A DNA stretch of 55,426 nucleotides. It comes from Nemertoderma westbladi. Lineage: Eukaryota > Animalia > Xenacoelomorpha. Position 1 is the first letter of the stretch. The number at the start of each line of letters is the position of its first letter. The DNA lies in contig JAUCBJ010009065.1 of assembly GCA_032718475.1 (NCBI GenBank), positions 1-55,426 of the forward strand, read 5' to 3'. This document shows, in pieces, positions 50,101-55,426 of this stretch. The translations under genes were made by a program, and so were the position numbers. The notes under the pieces are model-generated. The model was not told the DNA's origin. It saw only the letters and a list, made by a program, of their open reading frames with translations, and made no database searches.

Positions 50101-50128
50101 AGATTACTATCTGTAGAATCTGTAGATT

Positions 50129-50608
50129 CTAAAGTTTCCTGGTCTTCTTGGCTAATTGTTGATCACGAATTGGTTGAGTCTCAGAACATGCATTCCCGCA
50201 TCCATATATTACTTTTTCCAAAACCCAGTTTTTATGTACAACATATTCAACTGCATCTTCATTATACAAGACTCTTACACGGTTGTATTTTTCTAAAATG
50301 CAAGTTGAAATATTAAAATAATAGTGAATCAGGCAAACAAAAAACATTCGGTAAAATAAACACAGTCGGTAATAATTATGGTAAAAAAACAACCCCTAAA
50401 ACTTTAAAACACATGATTATAATATATAATATTATTAATTATAATTAAATAATCAATCGAATCAATAATTAATCGACTAAAATAATAAATTGAAAGAAGT
50501 AAATGGAATGAATACCTTACCTATTCCATTTTCGTGAGCAGGATACTCAAGTATTTTCCCTATGTATGAACGTCTATCGCACCACTTAACATAATGGAAA
50601 TCTCCAAC
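50129..50608 (-). pseudogene. Two spliced exons (50608-50521 and 50292-50129) encoding a Tudor/chromo-barrel-like segment upstream of the recombinase
   Basis: ttgtag|VGDFHYVKWCDRRSYIGKILEYPAHENGI G|gtaagg ... ttttag|AA gives EKYNRVRVLYNEDAVEYVVHKNW; the intron phases match. Domain identity is inference. Confidence 0.55.
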
Positions 50609-51191
50609 CTACAATTGTTAATTAAGAGAAAATAATAAAAAAATAATGTTCTCGGTAAAAAAAAATAATTATAGAAGAGTATCGAGAAGGAAAAACTATT
50701 TAAGTGGCAAAACAATATACTTTTTTGCCACTACTGTATTAGGTATTATAAGGTGCAAGATTCGAAATATTAATAAGGATTTTAATGTTTTATTCAAAAA
50801 TTTTAATATTAGGCGTAAGCCCTCATTACCGCGGTTCTATTGTCATGACACTGAAAGTTCGCTTATAATACTTTGCTATTTCGAATTTAGAACCTTGAAA
50901 AACTATCAAATTTATGTTGTCAATTTAGAAACTCCAAGTGAAATTTTCCCGTTAGTTCCTAACCTGCGAGCTAAGGAGGTATATTATACAACCATAATGT
51001 ATATTAGATATATAATTATTACGCTGCTGTAATGGTTTAAAATCATAAAATTACAATACAGTAAACCATAACAAATAAAAGTACACCAAAATATGCCTGC
51101 TATGTGATTAGAATTAAATAATAAATACCGGTACTACAGTACTATGAAGTCATATCGATGGACTAAAAATAATAATCGAATCTAATATAAT

Positions 51192-52300
51192 ACTACTACT
51201 ACTACTACTACTAGGTCGAGCGAACTCGGACAGTGGAAATGAGATCCTTCCAGGCTTCCCGATTCTCCAACTACTACTAGGTCGAGCGAACTCGGACAGT
51301 GGAAATGAGATCCTTCCAGGCTTCCCGATTCTCTATAGTTGTCGCAATTTCCTTTCTCCCAAGTTCAGTATCCCTTTCAAGTCGATCTATATATGTTATG
51401 GCTGGTCGTCCACGACTACGCTTTCCATGAGTTGGTTGGCAGAGAAGTAGATCTGGTATGACCTCGTCTTTACTTCGCCAGCAGTGCCCACTGAATCTTA
51501 ATCTGCGTTCACGGAGGGTGGTTGATACAGGTGGTATTGTACCATAAAGCTCGGCGTTTGTCATGTGTTGTCTCCAGCTGATGTTTAGGGCTGCCCTTAG
51601 TAGTCTTGTGTAGCAACCATCAATTCGTTGTTCATGTGATTTAGTCAGTGTCCAGGTCTCACCCCCGTATAAAAATACCACTGTGGCTCGAAAGAACTTA
51701 GTCTTCAGGTGCCTGGAGAGATCTGATTTCCAGATGGTATCCATTTTTGATAGAGCTACCCAAGCCTTTGCTTTCCTAACTTCTATGTCCTTTTTGCTAC
51801 TCTCTATCCATGATCCAAGGTACTGGAAGTCATCGACATTCCTTAGTTGATTATTATCAATGGTTGTCAAGTTTCCATCAACATTAAAGGTCATGAATTC
51901 GGTCTTGGTAGCATTTATATGCAATCCAACCTCCTTAAGCAGCCTTCTCCACTTTATTTAGTAGACGCTGTGCATCTGCTAGCGTATTAGAGAGCAGGGC
52001 GATGTCATCCGCAAAGTCGGTGTCTGTGACTGTAGTTTCCGGATATCTACTACTTCTGCGTTCTTGAAGTGTGAAACCCAGATCTTCACCCTTTGTGGCC
52101 GTCCTCATTGCATAATCCAGCACAATTACAAATAGTAATGGTGCTAATGTGTCACCTTGCAGTACGCCAGCCAGGATTGAGAAAAACTCAGTTTCACCAT
52201 CTGGTGAGAGTACCTGCGCTTCTGTGTCACAATATAACAATCCAATGCCAGCAACAATTACTTCTGGTATTCCATAAGCTCTTAGGATTTCAAGCATTAT
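51192..52300 (-). mobile_element. 5'-truncated RTE-clade LINE with a (TAG)n tail and a duplicated 3' end
   Basis: GVLQGDTLAPLLF, DFADD, FQYLGS, LYGGETW and RGRP, with one frameshift near 51930. (act)n at 51192-51213. Candidate TSD atctaatataat at 51180-51191 and 52314-52325. Confidence 0.93.
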
Positions 52301-52654
52301 AATGTAATATAATATCTAATATAATATAATTAATTTAATATATTTAACTAACCTTAATGATTTTTAGAATCTGTGTCGAAGCTTTTTTACGAGTTTGGAT
52401 AAGCGCCATTGGTATAAAATAATATAAAACTTTTATTATAAATAATTTGATAACGGCATAGAACAGGCCGACAAACCGGGGCCCCGTCCAGCTCCTCAAA
52501 ATAAGTAGGCAGATATCCAATTAATCGGCGCTCTAGCATTCACATCAAACCCCACTTTGTGAAAAACATTCTGGTTTAACACACACCGTCTGATTAAACC
52601 AATGATAAAAATATTTATAAAAAGAAAATCCCAGTTTGTGAAGATATGTTGGTT

Positions 52655-55426
52655 AGATAGATTTATTTATACATTATGTAAAAACAATAACAAATACACC
52701 AAACAATGTACCGGTATAAAGGTATTGTCCAACATAACATATAGGATTACCCCTAAAGCTTTGCAGCTTATTTCCAAGGGGGTCCTTTATGTTACTTGGT
52801 TACAAATACAATATTACACTACGCTAACCTAAAACCAATATAAAACGTAATTACACTATGTACATGTACAACTTTACCGAGAGCGTGACAATGTCCGACT
52901 CAACGATAAAGATGTAATGTACAGAACAATTTATTATAAAACGTAATTACAGTATAAATAGTAAATAATTAATAAACTAATAACTTACTGTAGGACTATT
53001 GTACCTATTTTTACATTGCACACGGAGATGAGATTTAACTGCAGATTTAAAAGAATGTTGATTATTTAGGTTTTTAATTTCATTAGGCAGAGCGTTCCAA
53101 TTTTTTATGCCGTTAAAAAAGAAAGTATCAGATTCAAAGGATTTATAATTCGGGAGGTAGAAGTTTGAAGCACTAGCTCTGGTACTGTAAGAGTGTGTAT
53201 CGCGTACTCTGTTGAATTTTTGTTTTAGGTAATTGGGACATTTACCATTATACACTTTATGCACATGGTTAAGGCGTAGCTGCTTAACTCTACTATCTAA
53301 GTTCAGTAGTCCAGATTCAGAAAAGTCATCTGGAGTTAGGTGGTGCCTAGGTTTGTAGTCTTTAATAAATCGTACTACTTTATTCTGAGCTACTTGTAAT
53401 TTACATTTAAGCTGTTTGGTTAAGCCTTCATACCAAGAAGAGCACGCATAGTCCATGTGACACTGTATTAAAGAAGAGCAAAGTAACTTGCGGGAGTCGG
53501 AGTTCAAACTATTTTTATTTCTGTATAGAAACCTAAGCCTACTGTTAACTTTCGAGAAAATATTTTTCACTGTGCTTTCTCCTGATAAGCAGTTATCCAA
53601 TGTGGCGCCTAAATATTTAACTTCCTTTTTATTTTCAATCTTATGTCCATTACTAGTGACTTCAAACTTAGTTACCTTCTTTAACTTTCTTTTGGAACCA
53701 AACAAAATACTTTCAGTTTTACCGTAGTGAATGGATAGCTTATTATCAACCAACCACTCATTACAGGATTCTAGAACTGCACTTAACTTTTGGGAAATAT
53801 GGATAGGATCTTTATGAGAGAAAATAAGAGCACTGTCGTCGGCATATAAAATGAGTTTAAAATCGGGATCTATACTACTTATCATATCATTTACATAGCA
53901 TACAAAAAGCACAGGACCTAATATACTACCTTGCGGTACACCACAGGTAATCTCTTGTACAGTAGACAGCGATTTGCTAATGACTACAGTTTGACCTCTG
54001 TCTGACAGGTAGGACTTGAACCAGTCTATAGAACCTACACCCATCAGGCCTAACTTACCAAGCAGAATTTCGTGATCTACAGTATCGAAAGCCTTTTGTA
54101 GGTCCAACATTACCATACCAGTATATAAACCCTTTGCGTTATTACATCTAATTGTATCAGTTAAGTTAATAAGGCAGGTGTCTGTAGAATATGATTTACG
54201 AAAACCGGACTGAAGTTCATAGATCAGATTTAGCCTACTAAGATGTGCCTCCAGCTGTAGAAAAACAGAACGTTCTAGAATTTTAGATACAATACTTAAG
54301 ATACTAACAGGTCTGTAATTACAGGGTTCTACTTTACTATTCTTTTTATACAGAGGAACAACCTTAGCTAATTTCAGTTCGTCTGGTACTACATTATCTA
54401 CGATAGAGTAATTAATAATAAAAGTAATAGGCACTTTAAGTACTTCAGCACCATCCTTAAGAAAACGGGCAGGTATTAGGTCTAGACCGGTACTTTTTGA
54501 GGCTGATAGGCTAAGTAGATTTTTAAAAACGAAATCCTCAGAAACGGGTTTTAAAAATAACTTTTCTGAATTTTGTAACTTTTCTAAATAAAAATTATTT
54601 AGAGTTTCGGACCCTATACTATATTTATTACTTGATAACGGTAATTTCTTAACTAAATTAGAGGCAACATTAGTAAAATAATTATTAAATAAATTACTAA
54701 CTAGAGTATGATCATGAATCAGCTCACCGTTATCTTGCAGAACAATATTCGATTTAGATTTAAGGTTTTTATAACCTAAAGATTTTAGGGTAGACCATAG
54801 ACTTTTAGGATTATCTTTATTCTCACTTATTTTGTTGTACAAATATTCAGATTTAGCTTTTTTTATTTCCCGTTGGACAAGGTTTCTATATTTGCAGTAA
54901 TTATTATAATCAGCTAAAACACGGTATTTCCTAAATTTATACAAATAGTTATCTCTTTCTCTGATATTACTAAGAATACCCGAGGTCATCCAGGGCTCAG
55001 TGCGTTGTTTAAGACTAATTTCTTTAATTGGTGCTACAGTATTAAGTGCCTTTAAAAATATATCTTTAAAAACAGTGTACGCAAGGTTAATGTCAGCGGC
55101 CTTAAAACAGGGTTCCCAGTCAGAATTAACTAACAAACTTAAAAAGCGTTCCTTGCTGTAATTTTTCATAGACCTAACTGTTACTGTTTTATGATCCCCG
55201 AAAAAAGATTTTTGTGTCTTTCTTGTGCAAAAAACTATAAAATGATCGCTTAGACCTATAGGTAAAACCCCAGATTGAGAAATAATATCGGTATTATTAC
55301 AAAGGATGTGATCTAGTAAAGTAGAAGTTTTACTGGTAATTCTGGTAGAATCTCGAATAATTTGTTTTAAACCAAACAAATTTAAAATACTTTGGTACTG
55401 TTTACAGATGGGGGATGCTTTGTGAT
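52655..55426 (-). mobile_element. CR1/L2-group LINE (Crack/Daphne-like), 3' part; continues beyond the window
   Basis: Uninterrupted ORF2. The 3' UTR has a ggacccc...ggggtaatcc stem-loop and an aataaa-containing tail. Confidence 0.9.
52977..55426 (-). CDS. LINE ORF2 (APE C-terminus plus reverse transcriptase), 5'-partial, more than 800 aa with an open frame
   Basis: [48 protein letters not shown] and KYLG. The frame stays open to the window edge. Confidence 0.95.
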   Translation of the reverse strand, partial: HKASPICKQYQSILNLFGLKQIIRDSTRITSKTSTLLDHILCNNTDIISQSGVLPIGLSDHFIVFCTRKTQKSFFGDHKTVTVRSMKNYSKERFLSLLVNSDWEPCFKAADINLAYTVFKDIFLKALNTVAPIKEISLKQRTEPWMTSGILSNIRERDNYLYKFRKYRVLADYNNYCKYRNLVQREIKKAKSEYLYNKISENKDNPKSLWSTLKSLGYKNLKSKSNIVLQDNGELIHDHTLVSNLFNNYFTNVASNLVKKLPLSSNKYSIGSETLNNFYLEKLQNSEKLFLKPVSEDFVFKNLLSLSASKSTGLDLIPARFLKDGAEVLKVPITFIINYSIVDNVVPDELKLAKVVPLYKKNSKVEPCNYRPVSILSIVSKILERSVFLQLEAHLSRLNLIYELQSGFRKSYSTDTCLINLTDTIRCNNAKGLYTGMVMLDLQKAFDTVDHEILLGKLGLMGVGSIDWFKSYLSDRGQTVVISKSLSTVQEITCGVPQGSILGPVLFVCYVNDMISSIDPDFKLILYADDSALIFSHKDPIHISQKLSAVLESCNEWLVDNKLSIHYGKTESILFGSKRKLKKVTKFEVTSNGHKIENKKEVKYLGATLDNCLSGESTVKNIFSKVNSRLRFLYRNKNSLNSDSRKLLCSSLIQCHMDYACSSWYEGLTKQLKCKLQVAQNKVVRFIKDYKPRHHLTPDDFSESGLLNLDSRVKQLRLNHVHKVYNGKCPNYLKQKFNRVRDTHSYSTRASASNFYLPNYKSFESDTFFFNGIKNWNALPNEIKNLNNQHSFKSAVKSHLRVQCKNRYNSPTVSY

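Overview
AT-rich animal (invertebrate-type) nuclear DNA, not a prokaryotic locus. About half of the window is tandem repeat. The backbone is one spliced + strand gene with six phase-consistent exons (12742-13585, 13694-13873, 22703-22834, 30510-30768, 31761-31881, 41384-41844). Its start exon was not found and its 3' end is uncertain. It encodes a probably secreted protein of at least about 665 aa: a prodomain with many dibasic sites and repeated peptides, a bacterial-like HEXXH zinc metallopeptidase domain, an ShK domain and an FN3 domain. The most striking structure is around the 132-bp catalytic (HEFAH) exon, which sits between two satellites built from its own splice sites: about 124 or more copies of a 67-bp acceptor unit upstream and roughly 300 copies of an 18-bp donor unit downstream. 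The second highlight is a roughly 440-bp insert (37400-37839) with an 11-12-bp target duplication and perfect 44-bp self-hairpinning inverted repeats, enclosing a tRNA-type Pol III promoter joined to a minimal hammerhead ribozyme. The rest comprises an 11.7-kb 83-bp satellite related to a transposon end, a non-autonomous piggyBac, RTE-X, RTE and CR1/L2-group LINEs, SINE remnants, several minisatellites, and a decayed intron-containing tyrosine-recombinase (Crypton-like) gene. All calls come from reading the sequence; no searches were run.
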